A DNA stretch of 64,000 nt, taken from Botryllus schlosseri (taxonomy: Eukaryota). Within the stretch, counting starts at the first letter, position 1. Each line of letters opens with the position of its first letter. This document shows positions 12,335 through 25,225 of the stretch, piece after piece. Under the pieces are notes generated by a model. That model did not search any database and was not told the origin of the DNA. It worked only from the letters and a program-made list of their open reading frames with translations. The position numbers and the translations under genes were made by a program. The DNA lies in contig CM119372.1 of NCBI GenBank assembly GCA_051294905.1, positions 8,186,001 to 8,250,000 of the forward strand. Direction: 5' to 3'.

Positions 12335-13339
12335 TTGACTATCTTTACCTACAATGATTTGTGAAGATAATTACAAGTTGAATGCCTTTATTCACTAGGT
12401 AGAAAATCACGAAAGTCGCGAAGCAAAATATTTACTGTCACTGCGACACGAAGAGCGTCATTCGATATGAAAACTTTTACCGCAACGGTTCTCTTGAATT
12501 AATCGTGTCATGTAGAGCATACGCACTAACTTATCTGAACTGTTTAGACACCCCTGTAAGTTGGATCGTACCAGAGATCCTGATAGTGCTGCGTACGCAA
12601 TTTTAAATTTCCCGCGAGCCCCTGATTATACGAAAAATGTGAGGTCGAAACACTATAGTGGGCAGTGGCGCATGCGAACTACTAATCATGGCGATTTAAA
12701 TTTCTGGAATTAAATTTGAACACTACGGAACCTAATCTCGCCAAGTTGATCCAAACCGTATACTGTGCGCTCTCCAATTCGATATCTATATGTTGAATGA
12801 CCATGACCAATAATCACTTAAATACCCGGCGCAAAAACCCCCCGACAGACAACTTGCGATCAACAGTGTATCACACAACTCCTTTGTTCTTGCGAACTCC
12901 GAGCTGACTTATTGATGGACGCAGCGCGTGACTTCCGCATTGCTGTCAGCTTAGAACTCTGCATCCTGCATTGATTTTATGTACCGTTTTGCAAACTGTT
13001 AACGGACAGTCGGACACGCTCCAATTACCACGGATCATATTCACGTGATTTGATTTATAACGCAGAATGCTTCCTCCTTTACACAATTCACATAGCGGAT
13101 TTTCATCAACATAGCCTACTGAAGACTGCGCCCTCAACTCAATAAAGTTCATGTTCGCATTTCAGACGAAATTTATTAATGGACGAGCGAAACACAAACA
13201 TCAGTTACAAGCATGCGTCACGACCGGATCTTACATGTCAATTTCGCCAAGCTCTTACCAACAAACCCGGTCAGTCCCATGTAACCTACTAACTCATCTA
13301 TTTAACATGACTATTTGTGTAAACAATTCAGGAATATCT

Positions 13340-13603
13340 AGCGAGATAGTGTAATGGTTATGCGTCGGGCTTCTCGAGCGGTAGGTCGTGGGTTCGATCC
13401 CCGGCCGGGTCATGCCGAAGACTCGAAAATTGGTATCCGCAGCCAGATTGCTAGGCGCTCAGCAATCACGGATAGCATGGAGGAGAAAAAACCAGGGGCG
13501 CAGACTAGATGACCTCATGGGGCCGTATCGCAACTCCGTCGTCAAAGCATCTCGATGGTGCAGGCGAAAAAGAATATCATATCTCTCTCTCTCTCTCTCT
13601 CCC
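13340..13603 (+). mobile_element. tRNA-derived SINE (type 1)
   Basis: A-box-like gatagtgtaatggt, B-box ggttcgatccc, non-tRNA body, (ct)n tail at 13583-13600. Confidence 0.75.
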
Positions 13604-13732
13604 TGAATCAACTCATTTAATCAGTCTGAGTAATTCTGTGTTTCTGAATCACTATACAATTATTCATTCACCTTGATCGTATTTATACTGCTATTGTAGG
13701 ATGGGATGAAGGTCTGATCATATAATGTAGAC

Positions 13733-14615
13733 CAGGGGTCTCCAACACGCGGCCCGCGGGCCGCATGCGGCCCGCCAAGTCATATTCTGCGGCCCGCGAC
13801 CTGATTTGAGATTTCAGAAAAAAAACTAAGAAAACCAATTTGAAATGCTAAAATTGACTACAGTCTCAACTTGTTTTCTGTTGTTTCAAAATAAGCTATT
13901 CTCCTGTGTCCAACATCACTATTCGTCACTAGCCAAAACGGCTCTGGTGATGGCAACAGCATTCCATCGAGGGAGAATCAGCTGATATGAATGGGCATAT
14001 TGCCTTGACTTGCAATGGCCCAAACACCGCCAAGACCAAGACGCATAGAAAACGGCTCAGGGCAGTGGTTTACAAACTGGGGAACGCGAAAGCATCAGAA
14101 GGGGAGGCGGAGCTGCGCTCAACTGAAAATTTTTTCGCGCTTCGCGCGATTTACCTCTAATTCATCGTTATTGCTCTGTGTATAGGCCGGAATTCATCTT
14201 ATAGAGCTCTCTCATCATCAATCATAACCTTCCATGCCATCAAACTAGCCGTTGGGATTGCTAGCTTCCTGGTTGCATTTTGTGATATGACGATTTTTCA
14301 GTATCATAAAGGGGGGCGTGTCTAAAAAAGTTAGAGAACCACTGGCTTAGGGCTTTCCCACAAGATCAAACTTTACGTGGAGATGGTATGTCAGCTAGTA
14401 ACGGATCTCCCTAGTCCCAATATCGACTCCTTAGTCGCTGAAAAGCGTTTCCACGTATCGTGCACAGCTCACAGTTCAAAATAGCTCAGCGTCGTACTGA
14501 CGTAGAGTTTTAGAACGTGGTTGCCTATTTTAGATCGATATCGAATTCATGCGGCCCGCGGCCTCTACGAAATTTGAAAAGTGGCCCGCGACCCGTTTTG
14601 AGTTGGCGACCCCTG
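13733..14615. mobile_element. Charlie/Buster-type hAT deletion derivative
   Basis: TIRs caggggtctccaac / gttggcgacccctg; gcggcccgc subterminal repeats; perfect 8-bp TSD atgtagac; residual peptide PSPNIDSLVAEKRFHVS (~14410-14460) resembles a Buster transposase C-terminus. Confidence 0.9.
14063..14344. mobile_element. MITE nested in 13733-14615 (related copy at 23900-24200)
   Basis: TIRs cagtggtttacaaact / gttagagaaccactg; TSD gctcaggg / gcttaggg. Confidence 0.8.
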
Positions 14616-16076
14616 ATGTAGACTATTGTTAAGTCGTTTCAACTATTTCATGTCTGTCATAGTGTCTAAGTCTTAGGATGATTTGAAGTCATAAAATCGT
14701 TCGATATGTATAAGAATTGGCGAAGACACAAATCTGCAGAGTAGACCAAATTAATTGGCCGCGATCGACTACAATACAATAAGATGATAACATGTTGAGA
14801 TTAATTCTTATATATTATGTTATTTATCATCAAGGCAGTATATTCATTCTCAATTACAGATCACACTGGCGATATCGGCATCTATAAAAAATTCGTACGA
14901 AAGCAATGGGAACATACCCACAGACGTATTTCTCATGCTCATGGGCCCTCGCTCACGACTGAATAACACAATGTTCCGCGGATCTTCTCCAGGGATATCT
15001 AGACTAGATATCCCTGATCTTCTCGCTGAGATGACGATCTCGCCTCTAGCCAACTCATACAATGGTACAAAACAATGCCTATAATTTCGGGTCACCTCTC
15101 ACATTTCATGCGATTACATATTTCATTATTTTTTCGTTCAGTATGCACTGTGGATGTGCACGTGCACGGTTCATTGCACCATCATATTTTAAATTGCTAT
15201 GTGCAGGCCGGGGCTGGTGTTTGATAATTAGGTTTCGCCATATCAATGGTTCAATCATGTAACAATCGAGCAATATTGAGAAAGTAGTTACAGTACATGC
15301 AAGTCGTGTAGGCAAGAGGTATACAATTGTAGTTTCGGCACCTTCCTATCCTTTCATTGTATTGCAGTTTTGTGGTATTTTGAAATGATGAAAATATTAA
15401 TAAACTGATACTAATACTGAATTTTATCGAAAACAGAGAAATTTGTGTTCTGTATCATCATCTAACGGTCGTAATGCGATCTGCCGCGAATTCTTATCAC
15501 ATTCAAATTTCAGAACCAATTTATGAACCAGTCCAGTAGCGTAGCCAATCAATAGGCAAAAGACACCAGTGTACAGAACCCTCAATAAAAACTGATTTGC
15601 CATTGGGATGTCGGATTCGTTTGCTACGCCATGCATGATATATCTGTGACGTCTCTTCATTGGCATATCTTCTCGGGAAATTATTATTATTATTATTATT
15701 GACATTTTACAGTGGTGCTTCTCGCCTTTTCCAGGCTATGTGCACCACGTCACTAATTTTTGTAATGTTCATATTTCTTGGTCTTCGGTAATCTTGGGGA
15801 CGACTTCTTCAATCTTTCGCTCATTCAGATGTCAGTCTCTCTCGCACCCATGCGTCCCCGTCGTGGTCTTTGCCGCCGACTTGTAGCACGGCTCACTTTT
15901 AGTCTGGGCTTTTCAATGCACTGTAACTGCAGTGAGGTCGGCGATGAGGAGCTCAGAGAAACCTCCGACACGTAGAAGTTGGTCCGAACCGGGATTCGTC
16001 GGTGACGTGACGCTGGTGCTTAACCAACTGCCCCACTCGCTTCTCCCTTCTCTGGAAATATTAATTCTGTTTACCC

Positions 16077-17945
16077 CTAGGGTTCCCAAACTTTTTAAGG
16101 TTGCTACCGCAAATTTCGATTTGAAAATGTTTCGCGACACCACCTCTCTATTAGGCGTGTTTGTTTACGTGACTATTACGTGTATGTATCATAGCCCCAG
16201 TGCTCTTTAACCTTTTCCGTCGTGGTACACCCTTTTAACGTTTACTCGATACTCGTACACCCCTGATCACGTAACTCACTGATTCCGCATATAAGCCTAA
16301 TCCAGGGGTGTTCAAACTACTTGCTACTCACGGTCGTGCTTAGTTTCATATATAGCATACGGCCGCATTCCGGCTGAAAGTCGTCATGGCCCATCTGGAC
16401 ATCATATACTAATGTTAAATTGGTTACTGGAAACTTCGCACCGCGGAGAGCCCTTGTAGTGTGCCATCTGGAGGGTTAATTTCGTCGATAATATTGGCAG
16501 TTTCATATATTACTGTCAAATGTTTATCCATTATTATCAGCTAACGTGATCAGATTAACCAACATAGCTGATGGAGGGTGTCTTGGAAAATGTTTGGCAG
16601 AAAATTATTGATGATGCATCATCGGGTTTTTATTAATCACTTTGTTGCATGTTTTTATTTTTTGACCTCCCATCAGGATTCTACGCATATAGTCGAATAT
16701 ATATTGGAATCGGGCAAACGTACTTAAAAAAACCTTCAATTGTGGGACGCACACGAGAAGCGCACTCGGTATTTCTTTATGGGGTGCATCATTTTCCTCT
16801 GCGGTTCGCATTTGTACGGTGGACTCAGATTACACTATTACATTAAAAACAAAAAATCCACGTCGCCCTCAATCGCGCAAAGCGTGAATAAAATCTTCAA
16901 GTTTAAAATCTCTCAAAGATTCGGGAACCAATTCTTTAATTCAAATTGCATATTGACGGACGCCAACACGGGCAAATTTAATTACATGTAGAGAGCCGAA
17001 TAATTTTTGTTTAGCGGCAGCATGCGAACGTACATCTGCAGGTTGGTCACCTCTAGCCTGTTGAAATAAGGATGAACAAGGTTGCAACGCATTGGAAATG
17101 CTTAATACTAATCAGGGCTCGAAGTTACCGGACCAACATCTAGCACGGTGGTTCTCAAACTCGACCTATCGAGACAGGCTGGCTACGGCCCTGCAATTAT
17201 GTGCAATGCGCTATTTACAAGCATCTCGCAAAAAGTATACCAATTAAATATTTATGATCTCACTCGTCGGTTTCCTGAACAATCATCATAGACATATATC
17301 GCAAGCAAAACACATATGTCAACTCAATCCTGTTCTACTTCAAAAGGAACAAATAAATCCATTACAAACATTTAAATAAAGAGATGCATATGCTTATGAC
17401 ATCAGAAAAGGAATGTAATGGTGCGAAATGCACACCCGGTCAACATGTTCTGAAGCCTAAACTTGCCTATTTATTGTGATAGCTAGTCATTGGCCAATTT
17501 TAATGCGAATCTGGTACACCCCTGTACACCCCATCTGAGTGGTACACCCCAGGGTGTACGAAAACCCCGGTTGAAGAGCACTGTCATAGCCTATATTGTT
17601 TATGTTTACACATATTACTACCGGTCCCATAATCTTTCCACACGGAAATATTACCGTCCTATTGGTTTCTATGCTCCCGACACTATAATTTTCATATTAA
17701 TGACCAGACACCGACCTTGCGTTATAGTAGGTGGCGCTTTAAATGACGCTTCGACTGACCTGATACCTTGTTTGCAGGGTCCGCGTTAGTTTTTCCTTCC
17801 ATTTTGAAAGACGAACTACAATATTCAGAAATGAGCCCTCTCAAGCATCCGCTTAATCGACATTCTTCTAATAGTTATCAGTATTTAATTTTAGTCTGCG
17901 CGACCCCAGAGAATGGGCAAACGACCCCTAGTTTGGGCACCCCTG
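16077..17945. mobile_element. Nested Buster-like MITE cluster (outer 16077-17945; inner 16198-17583; further fragments 16302-17056 and ~17145)
   Basis: Outer TIRs ctagggttcccaaact / agtttgggcacccctg with TSD gtttaccc / gtttacgc. Inner TIRs cagtgctctttaacc / ggttgaagagcactg flanked by tcatagcc on both sides. Confidence 0.75.
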
Positions 17946-19049
17946 GTTTACGCTCTTTAACAGGCCTGTTACAATTCAAACAGGTATTTCCAGAATATGA
18001 TTTATTTGCTTTTTCGGAAAAAGAGCGATTATAGTATATTGGGAATAATCTCCACAATCGTTCAGTTTAACTCAAAATTACTAACCTAACTGTAGGTTTG
18101 TAATATATAGTTTAACAGAGATCGTAAATGATAACACTCCACTAGTCTATGTATTGTTATACTTCCGCGTTAGTGAGTCTATTGGTAAAATTTTGAATGC
18201 TGAGAAACAAAGTATCGAATCAAGATGAGATATCATTATATCACGCATATTGCCGAACCAGTATGTCTACAAACTGAAACTGGATGATCACATTGGTTTC
18301 CGAGATGATAATACATCCATATGCTGATATCCGTATCTGAATCGCCTTGGACAAAAACGTAAACAGTATTGTGATGAGTAATTGCCGAAAGGTTCACGCA
18401 AAACATATTACTTCTACGACCCGGATGAATTGATGTTATTTCTTACATATATTTTCTACCAATAGGTACGTTGAAGTTTGACATATATATATCTAGTATA
18501 TACTATGTTATACTTGGTATTCGAAACAAATATTTTATATAATTGAATATTGCCAGCTATCACTTTATAACTTAATAACTGAAAACGATAATAATTTACT
18601 GATTAAAAGATCATTCATCATCATTACTTGATTGACAAATTATTGATGAGTAGGACTATATTTAATCTTAAATAATAATATTTCGCTATGACCTCCTCTA
18701 AATAATAATGATGATCCAAAATAGTACAAATATTCTAATTAAACAAAAATTATACGTTCACACCAGAGATGGCGATTGATAATATAAAAATATCATTCCG
18801 TTTTTCAGCTTCAAAGTCAAGTTCGAATGCAAATTTTGCATTATGTGCAAATGCAAATGGATTTCGTGTTATGTCTGACTCCAGGTCTATATATCCGGGA
18901 CTGACTAAATTTTAACCAAACGTTGCATGTGAATTCACAACAATCGAAAAATCGACTTTAAAATCCAAATCCAGTTCAGCAGCAAACCGTAAATTCAAAT
19001 CAGTTGGTTCCCAAATACAAATCCATGCTTATATCTAGTCAAAAGTCTG

Positions 19050-22000
19050 TTACAACTTTTTACAGCAGAACCGGACTTTATAGTCTTCGCACTGCGCATC
19101 CCCCTGCTTGTAATTATGGCAGCTTAAACCGAACCGAATTCCAATTTTGACAGTTTCTCCCGATTCCGTATAAGCCGTATTGTTCTTCACGAGCTTGGCT
19201 TGGATAGCGGTGGGTCGCATGCAGACGGCAGTCCGGTTTCCTCTTCTAATTCGATTGAGATATTCCAGGTCTCCGGTCCCGCTTTTTGGATTGTCGATGT
19301 TAAACCAGGCTGTCCATTGGCTGTCTTTGCACGTGCCGACTTGCCCAGCAACTGTTGAAAATTGTAATTTTTGAAGTGAAACTATGATAACAATTTATTT
19401 CAAAAGAAATCGTAATTTTACGGGAATTCACAGTGATTTTGTAATCATTCTTTGACTTCACAATTGATTTGATCTTACGGAGCACCATTCACGCAATGGG
19501 TAATATGTAGGGTTACCATACGTCCTCATTTAGGAGTGTTTGCCCTCCTTTTTCGGGTTTTTGAAAATGTCCTCCAAGGACGCCTAAATGTCCTCCTTTT
19601 TGAGATTTTGTCCTCTTTTTGAGGTCTCTGGGTCAAATTTATAGCGAAATTCGACTGAGATGCCGCAAATCAGCACCGAAGTGACGCCGAGTGGACAAAC
19701 GACCTTTTTTTTTAGTCAACTACCTGATAAAGTGAAGGAAAAAACAGTATTTTGGTCGCTGAGCGAGAAAGACCTTTTTTTTAAGTCAACCGACTACGAA
19801 GTGGAAAAAATGTACCATTTTTTCAGTATAGGCTATTCCATCGGTATTATAAGTTTGAAAAGTTTGAAAAAGTGTCCTCCCTTTCCGTTTCCAAAATATG
19901 GTAACCCCATAATATGTAACTCAGATATCAGGAATGCTTGACATATCTGATATATACAGAGACTATATAGTCTATCTGTTCAAGTATATGCTTTGCTTAT
20001 GGTTTTCACGCTCGACTACCATGCAGCAAGGCAATCTGAGTTGAGATTTATTAATATAATATGTGTTGGAAGAGTTGACAAATTTTCCTCATGACACTGA
20101 CAGTCACTCACGCTTTTTTGGTTTCGTCACTTGAACTCTGAACATAGTCGACACTTGTCTCGATCTACCCTTGTTTTCTTCGGCATTGCAATTCGAGACG
20201 ACGTTATATAAAACCGTTTTCGACCTCATAACCATTGCCAGCTTTTGCGAGAGACACTGAGGTGCATTAATGGCTTTCATTACGATCGGTTTTGACGGCA
20301 GAATATTTATAATTCCGTTGCTGGATAAACGGAAGTTAATGCGCCCGCCGGACGCTTGTGATATGATCTTTTTGAGGTTAGTAGCTCTTTTCGATCTCGT
20401 CGAAGTTCTGTTCTGCAGACCGATGTCACTTTGCGAGCAACTTCGTATGTATTCTGTTCTGATCTGCGTAATTCTACATAAGATCAAAACATATAGTTCT
20501 TCGGTAAACTCACAGATACTCACTTGCACTCAGAACGATGTTTGTTAAGGAATCTCACTAGTTGTCCGATTTTGTAGGATGGTTTGAACATCTCAGTTCC
20601 CGGCTTGGTGATGATGACTGCTGTCTGTAGGAAAGCGGTATTTGAAAGACACTGGACATAATTCGTTTCCGATCCAGGGCATCCGAGCATTGGTTCAAAC
20701 TTTTGATAAATCGGAGGACGATACACCGGCGGCTCCACGTTTTCACAACGGGTCGACGATCCCTTCGGAGCTATTAAGAGTTGCAAAGTAAATTCACCTC
20801 ATATTAATTATACTTTCGTGTGCGATGAAGAAATTGGTTGCCCGACATATGAGCATGCGACACAATGGAAAACGACAGTTCAGCATGGAACACATCAGCA
20901 TGCGTCACTTCAGCATGTGACTGTATAACCCAAAAACTTACCCTAACCCGAAGCATAGCCTAACCTAACCTAACCTAGCCTAACCTAGCCTAAACCCTAA
21001 CCCTAACCCAACCATCAACCTAACCTAACCTACCCCTAACCCGTAATTTAACCCACATGCCCATGTGTCGCATGCCAAATTGTCGCATGCCGAAGTGTCG
21101 CATGCTGTAATGTCGCATGCTCATATGTCCACGGACCGAAGAAATTGGGACTTTCTTATTAAACCGAATGCGACTGCCATTTTCTGTGACTCCAAACGCC
21201 ATTCCTTTATTGGTTATACTCGTAGCTTTCATTGGCGTTAAAATCGAGTAACACTAAAAAGACTTACTCATGTACTTGACAATGCAATTCTTCACGTGCG
21301 GATATTTGTACGAATTAGGCTTTATGAGATATTTCAGATTGTCCAGCCAGCATTCTAAACCTTTCTCTCTTAAACAGATTTCACATCAGCAAATAACACA
21401 AGAATTCATCACTATATGTTCATCCAATGACGGATATACCTGCAGAAAAATGTGTCGGTAGCATAATACCAGGTGTCATCCCAGACCACGTAGTCGACCA
21501 GGGTTTTCCAACGAACACTCACGCCCGCCAACTTCTTGGAGAGGCATTCCGTGAAAAACGGCCTGACACTTTTCGGAACGCCTTTCCCGCCTTGGCACTT
21601 CGGACGACATCCTTGAAAACAGGCAAATTTTGTGGGCAGAGCATAATTTGATATGCAAAGCGACATTTCCATATTCCACCAGCCTCTGCCTGTCTTTTCC
21701 ATAACATATATTATACATTCCACATACTTCCTACTTTCTCAGTGTCCCGACATCTCATATACATTTATATTTTGCTGTGTGGATACCCTTCAGTGTTTAC
21801 ATGCTAATGACTGTGGATGGAATTATGCACTGTGCATTCCTGATACATCAATTCCACCGCCAATATTGTTGTGAGACGTATCAACGATTTAGGTAACTTC
21901 ATCATTGAAGACAGCTAAGATAAATATAAAGGACTCTTTTGGACTTAAATAGAAGCGAGTTGGACTCAAGACATGCAAAACTAGTGTGTGAACGCATTGC

Positions 22001-22763
22001 TGACCTGCAGTGAGGATGATCGGAAAATTATATAAACCAAAGTTGTTGTCGCATTATAAAATCTCTTAAAATACAACTTTGTATTGCAGCAATCCTCCCT
22101 CCTTGGGTATGTTGTGATAGCGGGTCAACTTATCCCCGTGACATATACACAGATGATATTCAGTAGGTTCATTAGTCTACACGAGATGTGTCAACTCATT
22201 ATTTGTGAGTTGGAGATTTATCGATCCGATCGGGATCAGGGGTGTCTGACAAAAGCCTCGAAAGAAAGTGTCTATGAAGGGGGTATATTCTACCGATACT
22301 ATATTAAAGTAGCTAAGGTATTCATCATGCTGCCTATATTTCCTGAGATATTTCTTGAGATACTTAGAATATAACCAGTCCCACCCGGTTACCCCCTTTC
22401 CTGGCCACTTTCGTCAAGATGGATGGATGGATTGGATACCCCCTTAACGGATACGCCCCGCACTAGCATGACGATATTTCTGATACCTTAGTTAGTTAGT
22501 AGCCTAGGCTTCCGAATATTTCGTATACTGTCTCCTTAACCCCTATAGTAACTTTATGTTACTTGAGATGATGTATAAGTGTTTAGGCGGCCGGGTAATT
22601 GGGATCATGTGATACTATATATACAGCCGACACCATGCTATTTCCTTGTCGCGGGGAAACTAACAGCCTGCTTTAGGTTACCTTGCGTCTCCTCAAAAAA
22701 CAATAACACCACAATGTATATTGCGAAGCGTCTGCATATCATCGTGGATCCAGCGGGTTTCAT
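19050..22763 (-). CDS. Gene A: secreted protein with two novel Cys modules and a C-terminal WxxW/CysD domain (421 aa). Exons 22763-22682, 21611-21440, 21368-21268, 20770-20524, 20473-20112, 19351-19050
   Basis: All introns are GT-AG with phases 1,2,1,2,1; the 1266-nt splice is open to TAA. Signal peptide MKPAGSTMICRRFAIYIVVLLFFEETQG; RSKR site; last exon C..SQWTAWFNIDNPKSGTGDLE...C..PTAIQAK...GLSC.N..Q...CEDYKVRFCC matches the mucin/CILP WxxW domain. Confidence 0.85.
19508..19909. mobile_element. MITE of the tagggttacc family, in intron 5 of gene A
   Basis: Termini tagggttaccata / atggtaacccca; flanking duplication taatatg; tgtcctc repeats; relatives at 26521-27320, 41158-42578 and 48698-49020. 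Confidence 0.85.
20836..21137. mobile_element. Mutator-like MITE with internal telomere-like (CCTAA)n, in intron 3 of gene A
   Basis: Perfect 9-bp TSD gaagaaatt; GG..CC termini; inverted gacatatgagcatgcgaca; internal ccctaa/cctaa repeats; second copy at 40278-41147. Confidence 0.85.
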
Positions 22764-23139
22764 CTAACGGACGTTTACCGCTACCCATCCAGGAACTTGT
22801 CTGTCGTCTCTAATATAGCACATTTGCCTCCGGGGTTTGATTTAAACGCTAGCAATAGCGTATATCTACACTGTAGATTCTAAAGAGAGTGATATCATCC
22901 ATACCGATGAAATTCAACACCTGTAGTGTCAGTGTCATTACACAGCTTGACACGCGTGACTTTGTGAGATATTGATTGAACGCGGAAACTACGTAAATGA
23001 CGTCAACGACATCATACGCATTAGGCAATGTTTAAATATATAATTCTTGTTTTATCGAGAGGCAAATAGCAACTTGAAATTTTATACCGTATATACTTCA
23101 AACAAATAAAAGGAGACACACCACAGACAGGTTTATTAC

Positions 23140-23292
23140 TAATACCGAGAATACTATTACCGAGATGGACACCTCCGAAAATACTATTACCGAGAATGGA
23201 CATTACCGAGAATGTATATTACCGAGAATGGACATTACCAAGAAAGGCAACGACCAAGAATGGACATTACCGAGAAGGACATTACAGAGAAC
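23140..23292 (+). repeat. Array of ~16-bp repeats (ggacattaccgagaat), inverted partner of 25048-25225
   Basis: About 9 degenerate copies; the reverse-complement array lies at 25048-25225. Confidence 0.75.
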
Positions 23293-23899
23293 AAGGTCTA
23301 TACTTGAGATTTGACATAAAATGCACACACATAGGGTTTCGAAAATCTCAACATCGGGATCCAAATTCCTTAAATTTCAACCTACTGACACTAGTTGTGT
23401 CACCGTGACAGCAAAAAACGTTTAACACAAAACTAAGATGGAGCTTGCGGCAGAATAGTACTGACTTTAAAATACTTTTACTTAAAGTATCACGCTCTTC
23501 TGCTTGTGGAAAATAAGATGACTCCTTCCCGTCAGTGCTACAAGTTTGACCAGGGAACAGGCTGGATTTAGCTCCGCTGTCGTACGCTATACGATGAAAA
23601 TCCGAATGGAGAAGACGTCTTTGCCTATCTGGAAGACGCAAACTGATTTGTGCCTCGCCACTTACCAAAATCGAGTTTCGAAAACACCCGCGTATATCTT
23701 GAATGCGTGCGGATATACGTAACCCAGTTGTATTAAAATAATGGTCCAGTGTCGTACGCAAATGGTTTTACACCTCTATAATTGAGCATCGAGAGTTACG
23801 CCGAAGTATCAGGGATATATCTAGTTTTAGATGTCCCTGGAAGTATACACACAAAAACAACGAAGCAGGAGATCTCGTCGACCTCGTCTCTCTTTATAT

Positions 23900-24200
23900 C
23901 AGCAGTTCTCAAACTTGTTTAGACACGCCCCCCTTTTTGATAGCGTCCCCTTATCGTCATATCACAAATGCGATCAGAATGCTGGCAATCCCAACAGATA
24001 TTTTGATGGCATGGGTGGTTATGACTGTTGATGAAATAATTCTCAAATATGAAATTCGGACCAACACACAGAGCAATAACTACGAATTGGAGGTAAATCG
24101 CGTGGAGCGCGAAATTTTTTTTCATTTGACGCAGCTTCGCCCCCTTCAGATGCTTTCACGCCCTCCAAGGAGGGCGCGCCCCTCAGTTTGAGAACCAATG
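23900..24200. mobile_element. MITE (family of 14063-14344)
   Basis: Termini cagcagttctcaaact / agtttgagaaccaatg; body similar to the reverse complement of 14063-14344. Confidence 0.7.
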
Positions 24201-24420
24201 CTCTATCATACCAGTCAGAACCTGATTTCACGGATAATTATATAAATTATAATCCCATCTCCAAGGCGGAATCTGTTAGCCTATATCGTGATGGATCTTG
24301 AGATGATTCGGTTCGCTTGGAAGAGTAACGTCTATACGTCGCGTTTTAAATTCGTTTTATTACTGAACGCCCTGCTCAAATATTTGGGCAAATGGATTAG
24401 GCTCCCATCATATATAGGCG

Positions 24421-24920
24421 CAGTGGTTCCCAACCGGCGGGGAATAAAATGGTTTGTGGTGGGAATAGACGTATTTGTAAAACATCATATACAGGATAGT
24501 CTACAATCTACATATTTACGGAGACACGTACGCGATTACCGTTACCAGTTAACTGCTCTGGAATGTATGTATCGAAAATTATAAATTGAAAGCGTCCTCC
24601 GATGACGCCTAAATGTCCTAATTTTTGGGAATTTGTCCTCTTTTTCTCTGAAAAGGATTTGAATGACATGAAAAATGCGAGCTCGACGCTGTGAACGTCA
24701 GAGTTTCGTAAAAAATCGGAAGCCGAGTCAAAGTGATGACCTTTTTTTGTCAACACAATGCTATCGGTCGAAAAAATTTCAAAATCACCAGTTTTCTTGG
24801 AGATTTCAGAATTTACGGTACCCTATTTTAAAGGGTATATTGGAGTTTTGGGTAGTGGGAAATGAAGACTCGGAATAAATCTGAAGCGGGGAATGAAGAC
24901 AAAAGGGTTGGGAACCACTG
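24421..24920. mobile_element. Buster-like MITE
   Basis: Perfect TIR cagtggttcccaacc / ggttgggaaccactg; degenerate TSD tataggcg / tactagcg. Confidence 0.8.
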
Positions 24921-25047
24921 TACTAGCGCAACAATGGCGTGGAGAAACAATACCTGACATCACTGACCATGACCAATGACCATGCGCCGCGTCTCGCGAG
25001 TAATCTGAATTTCATCGTTTTAAATGACGTTGAATGTTTTTATTATT

Positions 25048-25225
25048 TCCTCGGTATTGTCCATTCTAGGTCATGTCTTTCTCGGTAATGTTCATTATCA
25101 GTAACAGCATTCTCGGTATTGCACATTCTCGGAAATATACATTCTCGGTTGTGTCCATCTCGGTAAAAGCATTCTCGGTTGTGTCCAATGTCCATATCGG
25201 TAATAGCATTCTCGGTATTGACCGG
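25048..25225 (-). repeat. Array of ~16-bp repeats (attctcggtaatgtcc)
   Basis: Reverse complement of the 23140-23292 unit. Confidence 0.75.

Noticed and set aside
13340..13415. tRNA gene candidates (also 37550-37623, 37756-37830, 41895-41965, 57594-57670)
   Set aside because: A/B boxes are present, but there is no convincing cloverleaf and most run into repeated bodies or simple-repeat tails; treated as SINE heads.
20935..21045. Telomere or chromosome-fusion scar
   Set aside because: Short, degenerate, and bounded by TIRs and a 9-bp TSD; it is internal to a MITE.
21427..21651. Antisense or alternative-frame ORFs over real exons (also 20270-20548, 27779-28260, 59579-60037, 8138-9160)
   Set aside because: Shadows of the coding exons on the other strand or frame, with no independent support.
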